From Octopus sinensis (taxonomy: Eukaryota), in NCBI RefSeq assembly GCF_006345805.1, contig NC_043014.1, forward strand, positions 31,434,001 through 31,498,000: DNA of 64,000 nt, written 5' to 3'. Every line of letters begins with the position of its first letter. Within the stretch, counting starts at the first letter, position 1. The translations under genes were made by a program, and so were the position numbers. This document shows, in pieces, positions 13,083 to 27,900 of this stretch. The notes beneath the pieces were generated by a model that saw only the letters and a program-made list of their open reading frames with translations, was not told the origin of the DNA and did no database searches.

Positions 13083-13119
13083 CAGGCAACCCACACCGAC
13101 GTCTTGCCAACTCCTCAAT
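13083..13119 (-). CDS. candidate 37-nt coding exon (IEELARRRCGLP+G)
   Basis: Minus strand TTCTTATTAG|ATTGAG...CCTG|GTGAAG; phase-0 start compatible with the donor at 31393. Weak splice sites and no identifiable homologue. Confidence 0.2.
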
Positions 13120-16100
13120 CTAATAAGAATCTACTTTTGTAACATGTTTCCTCATTGATCTAATTAAACAAGAAAGTATGTCATGTGATTTTGGATTTAA
13201 AATCCAATAAAAATGTGTATGCACACACATGCATGCTCGTACAAATGCATATGCACACAAATACAAGCATGCATATAAATATATGTGTGTATATTGTTAA
13301 ACATAAATATGTTGACTCTTATCAATTCCAATAGGGATGCTGAAGCTCAAATTAGTTTCTTCACTTAAGTAACTGTGATATGAAAAGAAGGGATGTGTGG
13401 TATAATTTCTTTTTTTATTTATTATTATTTGTTTGTGTGCAACTACCTGAGCGAAGTAAAAGCATTCATAATGTGCCTCTTAATTAACATTTTAAATTCA
13501 TCAAAGACTTTTGAATCAGAAGTAACCTGGCAACCTGACACTAACAAGGAGACAAGATAACTAAATTGATAAAATATTAGCCTACTAGATTATGATGATA
13601 ATGATGACATGTGATAAACCAGATATCTATAATTAGTCCTGCATCTCATCTCAACGCCTACTTAATAGAATAAGGTACCAGTAATTGTTAGGATGTTACT
13701 ACTGATAGACTGAATACTGGCACAAAGCCACTTCCCTCAATACTATTCCCTGTCCCAGTTGAAGGGTCTTTATCTTGCAAATTATTTGGTGACTCAGCTG
13801 GTGCTACATCAAAAACACAGTACACTCTGTAAAGTGATTGATATTAGGAAGGGCATCCAGCTGTGGAGATAATGCTGAAGCAGACAATAGGGCTTAATGC
13901 AGTCCTCTAGCTTGCAAATTCTTGATAAACCATTCAAACCCATGACAGCATGGAAAATGGCTACATAGTAATGATGATGGCAATATCAATATTCCTTTGA
14001 TCAACACTACTGAATTTAGGGCCCAGTTCTGGTTTTACTAGACCTATGACCTCTACAGACATTTACATGTATATTAGTTGGTAGCCTAGTGTAACTTGGT
14101 CTAATTCTATAGACATAACCAGCAATAAAACACCTGAAAGCAATCTGATATCAGTGCAATGAAAATGTAAGGTAGATATAATTATTAAAAGAAACATTTT
14201 GTTTCTAAGACAACGCATCTTAGAGACATTTTGGATACATGACAGTTTAAAGGTAAGAGAGCAACCATTCAAGGTCGTTCATGTTCTCTCTTCATTTTAC
14301 AACAACAGCAACCAGAGTTAACCATTAACAACGTCATTCTAAGTGACGCCAATATCATTATGTTTGAGTTATTTCATATCAGAATATTCTCATCTCCCTT
14401 CTCCTACCTAAATATCCTGCAGCCATTAGTGGAAGGAACTAAAAGTCTAATGTTCTTTAACTTAGCTAGCAAAGCAATCCTGTTTGTTGACTCACCCTCA
14501 CTCACCAACAGTGTCAACAGCTGCAGGTTGTACATAATGAGAGAGAACATTGCAGGAAAGATAAATTGCAAAAGTGTGTGTGAATAGGTGTTTTAGTAGA
14601 AGAGACATCAAACAGTGAAAGGTGACTGACATATGGGGAGAATGGAAAAATAGTTGGGGAGTAGTTTGAGATAGTAGTAATCATAGTAATGCTATTAACA
14701 GCAAAATAAAACAAGATCAAAGGGCTAGTACATGTAAATAGTGCTTGAAGGGGAAAGGTCATCAAGGAAATGGTACTTTCAAATCAACTTGATAATGACT
14801 TAACCCAGTCAGATATTATGTGTCTCAGTGAGAATGGTTACAGGGTTATTAAAGAAAAAGAGCAATTTATACAGGTAACTTTACATTAAGGAGTGGAATA
14901 TACAATTTCCTAATTCAGACTGTCTCATGGTCCCAGCAGACAAAATGGAAAATATGTTGCCCTGGAGGATGGTAAAGGAGATGTGCTGGAACAACTACTC
15001 TGGCCCACGAGGCTCGAACTTGCAGATAACCATCTCTGCCCCAATAGCATTGAGTAGGGTATTGTTCAGGAGCCAAGAATGCCAGAGGTCTCCTGTGTAC
15101 GTTCTTACTTAGTCTTTTTCATTCCCAGCCCATCTGAGAAGCTTCTGGTCCTAATGATATTAATTCATCAATCCACCTGAAACTACCTCTGTTAAACTTT
15201 ACATTTCAAATAAACATTTTAACTGAGATCGCATTGTTAAATAAATACTGATGTTTAGTAACCCACCTGGAGCTGACTGAGCAAACCCATGATTAAAAGA
15301 GTTCATCTTTCATTTGTCTTTCCAAACATGGTGTATCTAACACTACAATGTGCAATGTGCTCTTCTTTTACTTTTTATACAGTAGAGTAGAAGTTGAGGT
15401 TTGGCCACTATTTCTAGCATAGCAGACAACCAACCACATAGAGGCTTCCTCACTGAATATGTTGAGTTGCGTTTCTAACATTAGCTGAATACAGCAATAA
15501 AAAGAAAATGCTAAAAAAAAAATAGCATTTAAGTTTTTCTCTCATTAAATTCTTGATTGTTTAAAAGTCAACTGAAAGACTCTCATTAAAAATAAGGGCT
15601 ACAATAAAATTAAATTAGTTGAATATTTAGAAACATTTATAACTATCAGTTGGGCAGCTAGCGGCAACCCAGTGGATGGTAGTAATAACCAAAGAATAGA
15701 ATTTCAAACTGAATGGTACACAGTTAAAATGGAGACAACATAATATATTAAGTCAAGCACATTTGTAACTGTTTTAAAGAGCAGTAAAGTTCTTAGTGTT
15801 AATGATAGTTTCTTTGCAAGAAAAGCAAGGGAGAAAACTCTAAAACTTTAAATGGAAACTAGTGGAGAGTGAATGTGAACCTTGTTTAGCACAGTGACAA
15901 CTACAGATATGTTTCAAACTATTATACTTTTGTTGTCAAGTTCAAATCTCACTGGGGCTGACTTCTCTAAGATGCCAATATGTAAAAGTGCAATAAGGAG
16001 CTTGATAAAATACAGGCTGTCTTACATGTCCAAGACAACAATGTGAGAGGTAGAGAGTGAGATGTTTTGCAATGTGAAGCTATCATAAGCAGGAAGGAAA

Positions 16101-17249
16101 CTGACAGGCAAAACCAATATATTTCACCAGAAAGATGATGGTAAGCTTTTAGAAAATCTACAAGTCAATTTTCATTCTCAATTGAAGCCAATTCACATAA
16201 CTAATGTTATTAATGTCTTTTGTAAAGATTAATAGTGCAACTTACTATCCTCCTTTCTCTCAAAAATAGAAATCCATGACAACCACAAAGTTTCAGTCTA
16301 AAATCTATTAATTCTTTTACTCTTTCAAAAAAAAATTCCTTAATAAACTAATTCAACAGACCAACTTAAGATATTGAGCTCTCTGGTGACATTAATGTTC
16401 ATCATTATCATCAATGGTTTACGTCTGTTTTCCCAGGGTGGCATGTATTTCAGAGTGGTTCACCACCAGTTGTGGACCTACATCTTGTCACCAACCAAGG
16501 GTGTTTATTACCTACTACACACAACAAAGAAAAGCTGCTCAATATTACTGTTGTGGTGAGCTGGCAGGATTGTTAGCACACCTGACAAAAAGCTTAGCAA
16601 CATTTCGTCAATACTGATGTTCCAAGTTCAAATTCTGTCAAGGCCAACTTTGCCTTTCATCCTTCTGAGGTCAATAAAATAAGTACCAGCTGAGCAGCAC
16701 TGGGCTCGATCTAATCAACTTATACCCTGTACTCAGTACATGTGTAGCAACATTTTTATAATGCATGACTAGCTTTGAGTTTACATATGGGGTAGCATGC
16801 ATGAGAGGAATGCTGCATGAGAAAGAAACTAAATATATCTATAGTCAAAAATATGTGTCTATAAATATAAAGAGAAAGTGTGTTAAATGTATTGGTTGGA
16901 GATGATGATGAGATGGAGAGAAGAAACACATAAAGCAGAGTAATGGATGGGATTATAGAGCTATGGGTGGTTATGCAGACAGCTATTTTATGCTTCATGG
17001 TCTCATAGAAACTGAATAAATTCAAAATGCCTATGGTAAAATATATATGAGCTTGTGTGCATGCACATAGTAAGGCCAAGCATTGCTATTTGTCAATGAT
17101 TAAGAGTAAAGTACTCAATACAAGTTGTAGAATATAAATTTATTTAAACTGAATTAATTCCCCTCTTGCAGCTTGAATATGATTACCACAGCAGTCATTC
17201 TTGCTTGGCAATCACTGAGGCATCACAATTCGCAAGAAAGGAATTCAGG

Positions 17250-17460
17250 TTAACTCTTTAGTACCTGAAACCAGCAATATGCGGCCCAAACAATCTATCT
17301 GTTTTAGGTTCAAACTGGCCAGATCTGGCCTTTCACACCTATCTGCCAATGTTATTCTAAAGATATACAATAATGTCATCAAAATCTCAAGATTTATTCA
17401 ATACAATGTAAATAAATAGGCATTACACTTGATAGAGTAATCTGAATGCTAAAAGATTAA
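17250..17460 (+). mobile_element. piggyBac-type MITE family F
   Basis: TTAA-flanked; same internal sequence (GGCCAGATCTGGCC...GAGTAATCTGAATGCTAAA). Confidence 0.7.
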
Positions 17461-17963
17461 AGCAGTGTGTGTGCGTGCGTGCACATGTGTTTGCATACTG
17501 TCTATGGTTCAATTTATATTACTACATTAACATTATATGGTAAGTTAAAGTAACAAGCTAGCAGAATCGTTAGTACACCTAACAAAATCTCATCCATCTT
17601 TACCCTTTGAGTTGAAATTCTGCTGAGATTGACTTTGCCTTTCATCCTTTCCAGAGTCAATGAAATAAGTACCAGTTGAATACTGGGGTCAATGTAATGG
17701 ACTAACTCCTTCTCCATTCCCATCAAAATTTCAGGCCTTGTGCTTATAGTAGAAAGGAAAAGGAGTATGTGGTAAGTCATCAACATACATTATTAAAGAA
17801 ACCAGGTATATGTGTATGGTGCTAAGAAGGGCATCCAGCTGTAGAACCGTGCCATATCAAATTGGAATCTGGTGCAGTCCCGCTAGCTTGCCAGCTCCGG
17901 TCACACCATCCAATCCATGCCAGCATGGACAACAGACATATGATGGTGATAATGACGACAACA

Positions 17964-18001
<38 letters not shown>

Positions 18002-19203
18002 ATGCACACAATGTGTTCAGGTTTAGAGCTGTAGATATAACATTGCACAGCCAGAAAAGAACACATCTCCATAATTAAGCCATATGAAGTATCTGAAGTT
18101 AGGTGTACAAGGAGGTGGTCACCTCACAAGCTACACAAGGACTGTCTGAATATTTGGAAAATAATGAGAACAGAACTCACTCCAACATTGCCAAAACAGC
18201 AACCCACAACAAGTCATTGTATAAATACTTCTATTAGGGAATACAAAATTACACTGCGCAGTAGAAAAAAAAGCCTATGTTAAACTGAAGGGAAAATAGA
18301 GAAGTTAGAAATATAGAAGATCAAAGAATATACAGCCTCAGCAAAAATCATTTCCACTGAAATACAGAAAAGTACCTTTTAAAAAAAATTCCATTTGAGA
18401 ATGGTTTTGCCAAAATATAGATAACTACATTAAAAAAAAAAGAAAAAATTCACTTCAAAACAGCTACATCAATAATAAGCTTTTCTGATGGTAAAAAAAA
18501 ACAATACAAAACAAAACAAAAAACAATGACAATAGTACACCAAAATTACTAAATAAAATAACCAAAAAGAATCTGATAGAAGAACCTATTTCCTACCCAA
18601 GAAAATTGCACTTAAAATGGTTATAGTAAAGAAGAAAAAAATACACCCATAGTCAGTTACTAAATCATTGCCAAGTGGCAATAGCTCTGTGACTATAACA
18701 GAATAGATCCTTTATTACATGAAGAAAACATCAACAAAATAAAAAAAAAATCTTTGCAACCTTCCTCTTATATATATGTATATACATAAAAATATATATG
18801 TATTTAATACAATGTACACACCTGTTTGTGTGTCTGTGAGTTTGTGTTTTGTGTGTGCATCATGCACGTGTCTGATTTTGTGTATACATATGATGGTGGC
18901 ATATTCCTTCCATTCCATCCTGCAGCAACGGCACAATAAATATACAATAGTAGAATATCTACTGAATAAAAGATCCATGAATTGGGTGCTGATTGCATTT
19001 CGTCTGTATGGACATTGCAATTCTTGTAGACATAAACTGCCTTATAAAGTTCAGATGACAAAAAGTGTTACTAGTATGATGCATAGGTATCATGCAAATA
19101 TAGCTATTTTGGTATGTATACTAGTATAACATGGTATAACTGTTATGATAATTTGGCTATAACTGAGGTACCTGAAGTAAAGATACACTACATATGACTC
19201 ATG

Positions 19204-19377
19204 AAAGAACTACATCAGTACCATAGCTATAGAAAGAACTATATTGGTACCCTAACTATAAAAAGAACTATGTTGGTACCCTAGCTATAAAAAGAACTAT
19301 GTCAGTACCCTAGCTATAAAAAGATCTATGTTGGTACCTTATCTATAAAAATAACTATGTTGGTATACTAGTTCTAG
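19204..19377. repeat. 29-bp minisatellite, 6 copies
   Basis: Unit consensus AAAGAACTATGTTGGTACCCTAGCTATAA starting at 19204, 19233, 19262, 19291, 19320 and 19349; head-to-tail with no spacers. Confidence 0.95.
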
Positions 19378-20066
19378 CCACCATCTTAAGATAAAATAAT
19401 AATAAAGACTAGTTAGTCAGATGTCATAAAATTTGCAACCCACATTTTTTAGAACTACAATATTACAATATAAAACCACACACACATACACACAAAATGT
19501 ATTTCTTTGAAGGTGATGATTCACTGCAGCAATACTCATCCTTTCGGACCCTAGTGCATAAATTTGGGCAAAAAAAAAAAAGAATGCACAAGTGTGGGGA
19601 ACTGAAATGGAGTGTTGCATCAATTTCAAGTAAATACATAAGCTCTATTACATATACATGCAGACACTCACACACACTGATATGATACTTGTTTCAGTTA
19701 CTGGACAGTCGTCTTGCTGAGGCCATGGCATTGAAGGCTGGGTTCTTGCTCATTTTTACACCCATTTTTCCAAGCTAGCATGGGTTGAACAAATAAATTT
19801 TTGCAACATTTTCAATGCCAACAGACCTTCCTGCCTCTAAAATTTAACTGGTTTTCAAGCAAGAGATCTCTTCTTCCTCAGTTATTTGAATACACACACA
19901 CGCATATGTATACATTTATATATTTACATAGACATACAGTTATATCTGTGTGTGTACATGTACACATACCTACACACACACACACACATACATATATGTT
20001 TGCTGGGGTCAGGTGGAGTTTTATGAGGCAGATTTTCTTCTCTTGGATGCCCAAACCTGTTTTTAA

Positions 20067-20286
20067 CCCTTTCGTTACTGTATTTATTTTGAGATGCTCT
20101 GTATTTCTTTCAATTACTTTAAATATAACAAAGAATTTAGTAAAATAACTGAGTTATCATTCAGCTAGTGTTGGGAACATAAATTGTGACTAAGATTTAG
20201 TGGAAGATTTTAATTTAAAACTTATGAAAACAGGACATTTGTACTCAGAGCCAGAGCCGGTTTTAGCCGGGTTGGTAACGAAAGGG
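20067..20286 (+). mobile_element. intact 220-bp piggyBac-type MITE (second family)
   Basis: Perfect 12-bp TIR CCCTTTCGTTAC/GTAACGAAAGGG flanked by TTAA at 20063-20066 and 20287-20290. Related ends near 22663 and 62706. Confidence 0.9.
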
Positions 20287-20424
20287 TTAAGCAAAGTAAC
20301 ATTTCCCTATGGTTAGACGTTCTCGCAAAATATTGGAACTGAAAAACACTGCTTGTATGACAGTGACACTCATCTACAAATATCACGCAATGCTAACCAA
20401 AGAAACACAAACATCTATGCACAC

Positions 20425-20455
<31 letters not shown>

Positions 20456-21599
20456 TGAGGGGCTAAATCCAATGACAAACTTCTGGTCACCCTGGGGCCA
20501 TAGTTGAAGACACATGGACTGAACCCAAAACCATGTTAAGGAGTAAACGGCTTAATCATACAACCAGACCTATGCCTGTATACATACACACACATAAATA
20601 TCTAATCTATCTACACACACACACATGACTATGTGTAATCCTTTCAAGAAATGCAAATATAAATATTACTATATTATACATTCAGCATTCTCAGGAGTGT
20701 ACACATCTGTTTGACCATCTATGTATATCCATAGGCAATATACATAAACATGTATAGAAAACTATATAAGCACATGTACTTGCATGTGTGTGTGTATGTG
20801 TGTATCTATGACAAATAACAACATCAGCTATATTACTTCGTTTTTCTCTCTTTTCTCCAGAAATAGACAATCACACAAACACACATATATATGCAATTTT
20901 GGATATTAGATGGATAAAGTATAAATAAATAGAGAGAAAAATCACCAATGGTTGCTTCACATTTGAATTGAATATACACAAATGTGTTCTTTGAACAATC
21001 CTATCTCCATAATGAATTAAATCTAGAAATATGGTTTTCAGCACGAGTCAAAATGCTTTATTGAAAAATAGCAATACCCAAGAAAATGGTTTTGTTGCTA
21101 TTGGTTACGGAAACAATAATAAAATGGATATTTTCAGTAAAATGTAATTAAAGTGGATAGTGACCAAGATGTTGCATCTTCCCTTTTTAACATTGTTGAT
21201 AAGGTAAGGAAAAAAAAAAATGACTTTTTCATTTACTAATTCCTTCAGAGATGGACATCTCAGTCAATATAAACAGTATTGGAAACTGAGGTTAAAAAAA
21301 AAAAAAGATGCCTTTTGACAACTCAGAGGTTGCTGTGATGATTTTATGTAACCCTCACCTCCTGTCACATCTCCACCTCTGCCCTATTCAAAAATCATCT
21401 CTCTCTTTCTTGCTGAAGTAGCCATGTATCTCCTTTACTGCAAGACACCTATTTCTCTCCCTCTACTCCTCATCACTTGGCACAAAAACAACCCACCTCA
21501 ATAGTGGAGTCTTATTTTGTAAGTTCTTTGGTAACCTCACTGCTGCTGGTGCCACATAAAAAAGCACCCAGCACACACACATTTCTTATAGTCATTTCT

Positions 21600-21782
21600 G
21601 CGGTATTTCGTCTGCCGTTACGTTCTGAGTTCAAATTCTGCCGAGGTCTACTTTGCCTTTCATTCTTTCGGGGTTGATAAATTAAGTACCAGTTACACAC
21701 TGGGGTTGATGTAATCGAATTAATTACTTTGTCCTTGTTTGTCCCCTCTATGTTTAGCCCCTTGTGGGTAATAAAAAAATAA
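21600..21782 (+). mobile_element. SINE family A, 5'-truncated
   Basis: CGGTATTTCGTCTGCCGTTACGTTCTGAGTTCAAATTC...CCCCTTGTGGGTAATAAA. Confidence 0.85.
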
Positions 21783-21970
21783 AAACTAAATGGCCTATAG
21801 TTATTCAATACCTACAGAACACGCAAAGAAAAATACAAAAGTTGTAATGGTTTTAAGAGAAGGGTCCGAATGTCTGTTTGTTTGGGTTGGGAGAAATGAA
21901 ACACCAACTGTAGCAACTTCCATCCACTCACGAGCACACACACAAAGAATTGGCATGTGTAGAAAATATC

Positions 21971-22196
21971 TTAATACTTTAGCATTTCACCCAACCATAT
22001 CCAGTTAAAATATTCTATCTTGTTTTATGTTCACATTGACTAGATCTGGCCTCTCACACCTACCTTACAGTGTCATTTCAAAAACTAAACAATCACATCA
22101 CTGAAATCTGAAAACCATAATATCATGCAAGATTAATTCAAAATATGAATAAATAAGCCTTACATTTGACAGAGTAATCTGAATGCTAATGGGTTA
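21971..22196 (+). mobile_element. piggyBac-type MITE family F
   Basis: TTAA...TTTAGCATTT start and GAATGCTAATGGGTTA end. Confidence 0.7.
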
Positions 22197-23636
22197 TGCT
22201 GAGCTTACGGTTGCCAGATAATCATATACACATATAAGGCCAAAGATTTTGAGAAGACTTCCTCAATCTTTTAAATATACCTTACTAATTTATCTAGTAT
22301 CAGTTTTCTTTTTTATTTATTAACCTCAAAAGGGTGTCAAACCAAAACCATGTTTGATCCCAGAGGAATCTGAAAGGAGATTGTGAATGTGAAAAGACTA
22401 ATTAAACACCACGTGGAATTAATGTTCCTGTTCGCTAAGCTGACTTTGTCAATTAATGCTAGTACTAGACTAATAGTTACTTACATTGGCCTCAGTCCAA
22501 AGATAATACACAAAGTTGACATAGGTAGGATTTGAACTCAAGACCATTAAATGACTAAACTAAAGACCATAAACAGCTTTGACAATTCTACCAATCCATC
22601 TTTTACATACCTAATGATTTTTAACATCAGCACAAATTCCTAAGTTTTTTTTGCGAGTGATTTAACCCTTTTGATACCAGCCTGCTTGAGACTGCTCTTT
22701 CTTCTAGGATATAAATTTCCACTTTTACAATGATCTAGATTAAAACTAATCAAAATTCCATATTAATTTTTGTTCTAAAAACCAGCTTAATGGTGATGAG
22801 ATTAATTTACTAAATTCATTTTCAAAATTCACAGAGGTAAAGGTAGTATATTTCAGCTGAAATACAGTAACATAAAAGTTAAATGGTTCAATTGAGCATA
22901 TAATATTTATTTTATGAACAAGAGCTGGAGGGAATTAAGTAATGAAGAAAAGAATAAAAGCTCACACAAGTTACCTATTTCCTAGGAATGGTGGTTATTA
23001 GATTTCTCTATCACTTTGTAGTATTCCTATATAAGTGATAACAGAAAGTGCACAAGACACACCACCTATGTTAGAAGTACGCAGAGTCCATAATAATTGG
23101 ATGTAGGTATAGAAAGCTAATTCCTCAAATAATAAAATAACATATTTTACACACACACTATGCATATAACACACATAAAATATATATTTCATATAAGGAA
23201 AAAGACATGGTAAAACATTAGCTACATGAAAAAGCTATCACCACCTGTCTAACTTCATTAAGAGAAGTTAATTGAATATATGATAAAGTGTTAAATATAG
23301 GAGGTTTTTCTGGTGCATTCCATGTCTGCTTCTTAATCCCTTTGTTTTACAGTAGATTACAGGGACCAGGCCAACTATACACAATCTGGATATATATCTA
23401 TATCTATCTATCTATCTATATATATATATAATCTTTTACATGTTTATATATATAAATACAATATCTATACACTTTTACACACACATATATATACACTTTT
23501 ATATGTATAAATGTAAATATATAGATGTCAACATTCATACATACATGACTCTTGGATCCTGCCAATATGGAAGATGAACACTAAATGATGATGATATATG
23601 CATGTACATATATCATCATCATTATATATGTACACA

Positions 23637-23872
23637 GGGCGGCAAGCTGGCAGAATCATTAGCACGCTGGGTGAAATGCTTAGCAGTATTTCATCTGCTG
23701 CTACGTTCTGAGTTCAAATTCCGCCATGGTCGACTTTGCCTTTCATCCTTTCAGGGTCGATAAATTAAGTACCAGATACGCACTGGGGTCGATGTAATCG
23801 ACTTAATATCCCTTTGCCTGTCCTTGTTTGTCCCCTCTATGTTTAGCCCCTTGTGGGCAATAAAGAAATAAG
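23637..23872 (+). mobile_element. SINE family A, full length
   Basis: GGCGGCAAGCTGGCAGAATCATTAGC head, GAGTTCAAATTCC B-box-like motif, AATAAAGAAATAAG tail. Confidence 0.9.
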
Positions 23873-26800
23873 ATATATGCATGTACATGCATATATTTGC
23901 AAATACATACGTACATACATACATATTCATGCACACACATACACACTAACAAACGCATATAATCATTACAAAAACATAGTACATGCTTGTGTTGGTTGTA
24001 TGCATGCATTCTAGAAGTATGTTGATATATATCTAGATACTGTCTTTGTGTATGTATGTTTAGTTCATATTTTACACTTATGTTATTATCAACCCCACTA
24101 GAAGTTAAGCAGGGGTATTGGTATCTTCATGTAGCTAATGTTTTACTGGGTTTTTTTATAGTTACCACCAAGAATTAAGACCATGTGGAAATGTTCATTA
24201 AGGATGGTCTTTATGTCAGCGATTATTTCAGAAACAGGTACAACCGTAAGTTTTTGGAAGGAGGCTACAGTCATTTTAATCGACCTTGGGCTTGAGTGGT
24301 AATTATTTTACCAACTCCTGAAGGAGGAAAGAACAAAGGGAGCCAGCTTTGGTAGGATTTGAACTCAGAACAATAAATATTGCAAAGCATGTTGCCCAAC
24401 TTTCTATTGTATCCTTCTGATTCCTAACATTTTAAAAACAGTAACAACAAAGGCTTTTGTCCAAATCCTCAGTCTGTGAGTAGAAGCATGAAACACTTTC
24501 AAAATAACAGACAATAATCATGATATGATCCAAAATAAACCCTATAGGAATAATATTAAACGATTCGATCAATCATTGCAGTGTTGGGTTTAGGCCACAG
24601 GGCAATGCTGAAATTGATGTAAAATCACTTTTACATATTTGTAATGGGTGATATATATGAAGCAATTACAGATGGTGTATAATATATGAAGCATATATCT
24701 GATATTATACTGTCACACCTTAAGACAAGTGACTGATCATGAATCACACACTAGTCTTCACGATAGATCTGTTAATACTGTGTTAACAACTGCCATGAGT
24801 AGACCAGACATTATTATCAAACATTAAGGGAAACTAAAAAGTTAGCTGTCATAATACCAACAAATAAAATCCAGAAAACAGAGCGAATACAAGCACTTGA
24901 AATCAGACAAATTGCTAATGTGAGCCTCAATGTTGGTGCTGTCACATTAGACTTTGAAAGGAAGGTTCTCCTCTGTGCAAATTTCAGTGTAATAATACTG
25001 AACACAGAGTCTAAACTAAAAACAACAATCTGGAATAATTTCAGGGTGGGAGCAACAAGTGTAAAATGTACAAAAAGCTGTCTTGTTACCTAAAATAGAA
25101 GTATTACTCTCGATTTAATGGAGCAGCCAACCCTAAGCTGTTTCTGTTGAGATGTACAACCAAAACCATTGACCTATAAAGAGGTCATAATAATGATTAT
25201 TTTTATATTGTTACAAGATCAGAGAAATAGCAAATGATATCAGAGTATGACAGGAACTCATTTTGTCTACCCCAGGAACTGGACAAAATACTCTAAAGAC
25301 ATTTAATCCAGTGATCTACATTAAATCAATATGCTTGTTTGTTTATACACATCAAACAAAAATATTTGTTCCACGGTAGATGAAACCCAGGAAGACATCT
25401 CATCCATGCCTCCTTCCCCTGAGACACCAACAACGAGCTAGAAACCACATCCTCAAACAGAGTTAAGTTAATGTTGTAAATTTGTTTCTTGAAAACATTA
25501 GGAGTACTTGGAAATGAGATGTTATGTGAATCATGCCTTTCCTACTTTGGTTGTTATAGTCATCTCCTGTATTTTACCAGCTTTGGAAGAATGAAAGCCA
25601 AAACTGACCTCAATAGTATTTGGAATCTGAGTGAAAAGAGCTAGAAAACAAATGCAGCCAACTAAAATTTTTCCATAAATATGTCCCCCCACCCATAAAT
25701 ATGGTAGCAGAAAACAGAAGGCCAGTTAAAGAGAACTGTAAGTGTCTGTAGCGGTATCAAATATATCCACCTTCTAATGTACCACTAGTGGGACCGACTA
25801 CCTACCTATTTTCCTAACTATATTGTATTGGGTCAATAATGTGATGGGGGAGAGGAATGTCATTAAACGGGAGACAAGATGTGGTTGCCTGACCTACATC
25901 AAAGAGGAGCTAAATCTCTCTCAAATCACACATACCATCTTAATTAACTAACCCCTTCACTGCAGAAATCCAATATATCCACTCCAAAAACTTCCTTTAC
26001 TCTTAACTATGGAAAGAAGTTTAATATACAAATCTATCTTTTGTTGAGGAATGTCATATTTGAAATTATTTTCTGTTGAGATATATCAAGAATATTGATG
26101 CATTGTGACTCACAGAAAATACCAATTCTATTTTCTGGTAGATATTTAACAAAATTGTTGGAATGACCATGAAATTTAATTTCGCAGTTAGGAAGAATTA
26201 CATTAGACAATGTGATCCTACATATACATTAAAAGAATGGCTTGTCACAGATGGAATGACTAATCCCACCGTTTAGAAATAAAAGGCATACTGAATAATT
26301 TTTGTTGAATACACAAAAAGACAGGACTGTCAAGATTGGAATACTTAGATCACGGTTTTAACCTTAGGACATTTCTCTAAGATGCGAAATGCTAAACAAC
26401 AAAATCATTATAAAGTACAAAATAGATAAAGAAGGTATTATGTGACTTTGTTGAAGGCATTATTATTATTTTATCATTATTATTTTGATTTCAAAACCAG
26501 TCAAGGTTAACTTTGCCTTTCATCTTTTCAGGGTTGATAAATTAAGTACCAGTGAAATACAGGGGTCAATGTAATCGACTGGTCCCCTCACCCAAAATTT
26601 TAGGCCTTGTGCTTGTAGTAGAAAAGATTATTATTATTATTATTAAGGTGACCAGCTGGCAGAATTGTTAGCATGCCAATCAAAATACTTAATACCCGCT
26701 TCCTTGAAATTATTGGCCTTGTAACCAAATTTGAAATCATCATCATCTTCAATATTATTATTTGATTGGTAGCATCATAAGTGTTGGGAAAAAATACCTT

Positions 26801-27900
26801 GCAGTATTTCTTTTAGTTCTTTATGTTCTAGTTCAAATTCTGCCGGGGTCAAATTTACCTTTTATCCCTCTGGGGTCAATAAAATAAAGTATCAACCAAG
26901 TGCTGGGTTTCATTGTAATAAGTAAACCCCACCCTTCAAAGAAATTGCCTGCCTTGTAGATAAACCAGCAGTATTACTCTTCATTAAATTGACAACCAAA
27001 TTTCAATACGGTTGATATTGATAATGTTACCTAGAAAGGCATGAACAACACAGTTTCATCCACTCTTCTCTTTAAAGTTCTGGTCTCAAACTTGAAACTA
27101 TTTTATTTCAGTTATTGAACTGTGGTCATGCCAAGGTACACACTTCAAGAGAATCAATTCCAGTATTTATCTTATAAGCCGTCTCTATTGAATAGCTACA
27201 TTACCGTTAAACATCAAAAAGGATGCAGCATGTAAGAAATCTATGATTATTTTTAAATACTGAAATAAATGTGTAACACTATTTCAATTATTAATATTGC
27301 TATTGCTGAATATTCATACCAACATCAATGAAATAACGAACATGTTCATTATATACCTGCAGCTAAAGTTATTATAGATAATCTAAATCTACCTTGTACA
27401 ATTTATGTCACCTGTGTCTTTATTTAGAAAAGACATTAAACTTCAACATACATACAGGTACACAATTCAGTATCTGTTTAATTTTTAATGAAACTACCAT
27501 GGGTCGCTGAAGACCGCATCTTTAGGTCAATACATGACCCATTCTGGGTCAATAACATTACAGCTATTAATTAAATTCATCACTGCTTAACTATCTTTTA
27601 ACTGTAGTTGTTAGACATTTAGGAATAGGTGGCAGAAACCAGGGTTCTTTCTTAATTTTTATCAGCGCTGGACAAAATGCTCAAGAACAAATTCTTCTGG
27701 CTCTTTTACTCTCTGAATTCAGATGTTGCTGAGGTTGACTGCCTTTCATCCTTTCAGGGTCAATAAAATAAAGTACCAGTTGCGCATTTTGGGTCAGTGT
27801 ACTTGATTTGTCCTCTCACTCAAAATTTCAGACTTTGTGCCTATCGTGGAAAGAATTATTGTCAGGGAGATGAGCTGGCAGAATCATTAGTATGCCAAAA

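Noticed and set aside
19204-19377. CRISPR-like array (29-bp repeats)
   Set aside because: Units are contiguous with no unique spacers, there are no cas genes, and the context is eukaryotic.
24157-24232. Plus-strand AG/GT-bounded segment of about 76 nt (LPPRIKTMWKCSLRMVFMSAIISET)
   Set aside because: Isolated, weak GTACAA donor, no recognisable protein.
25379-25441. Plus-strand terminal exon-like peptide DETQEDISSMPPSPETPTTS*
   Set aside because: Weak acceptor, no linked exons, no homology recognised.
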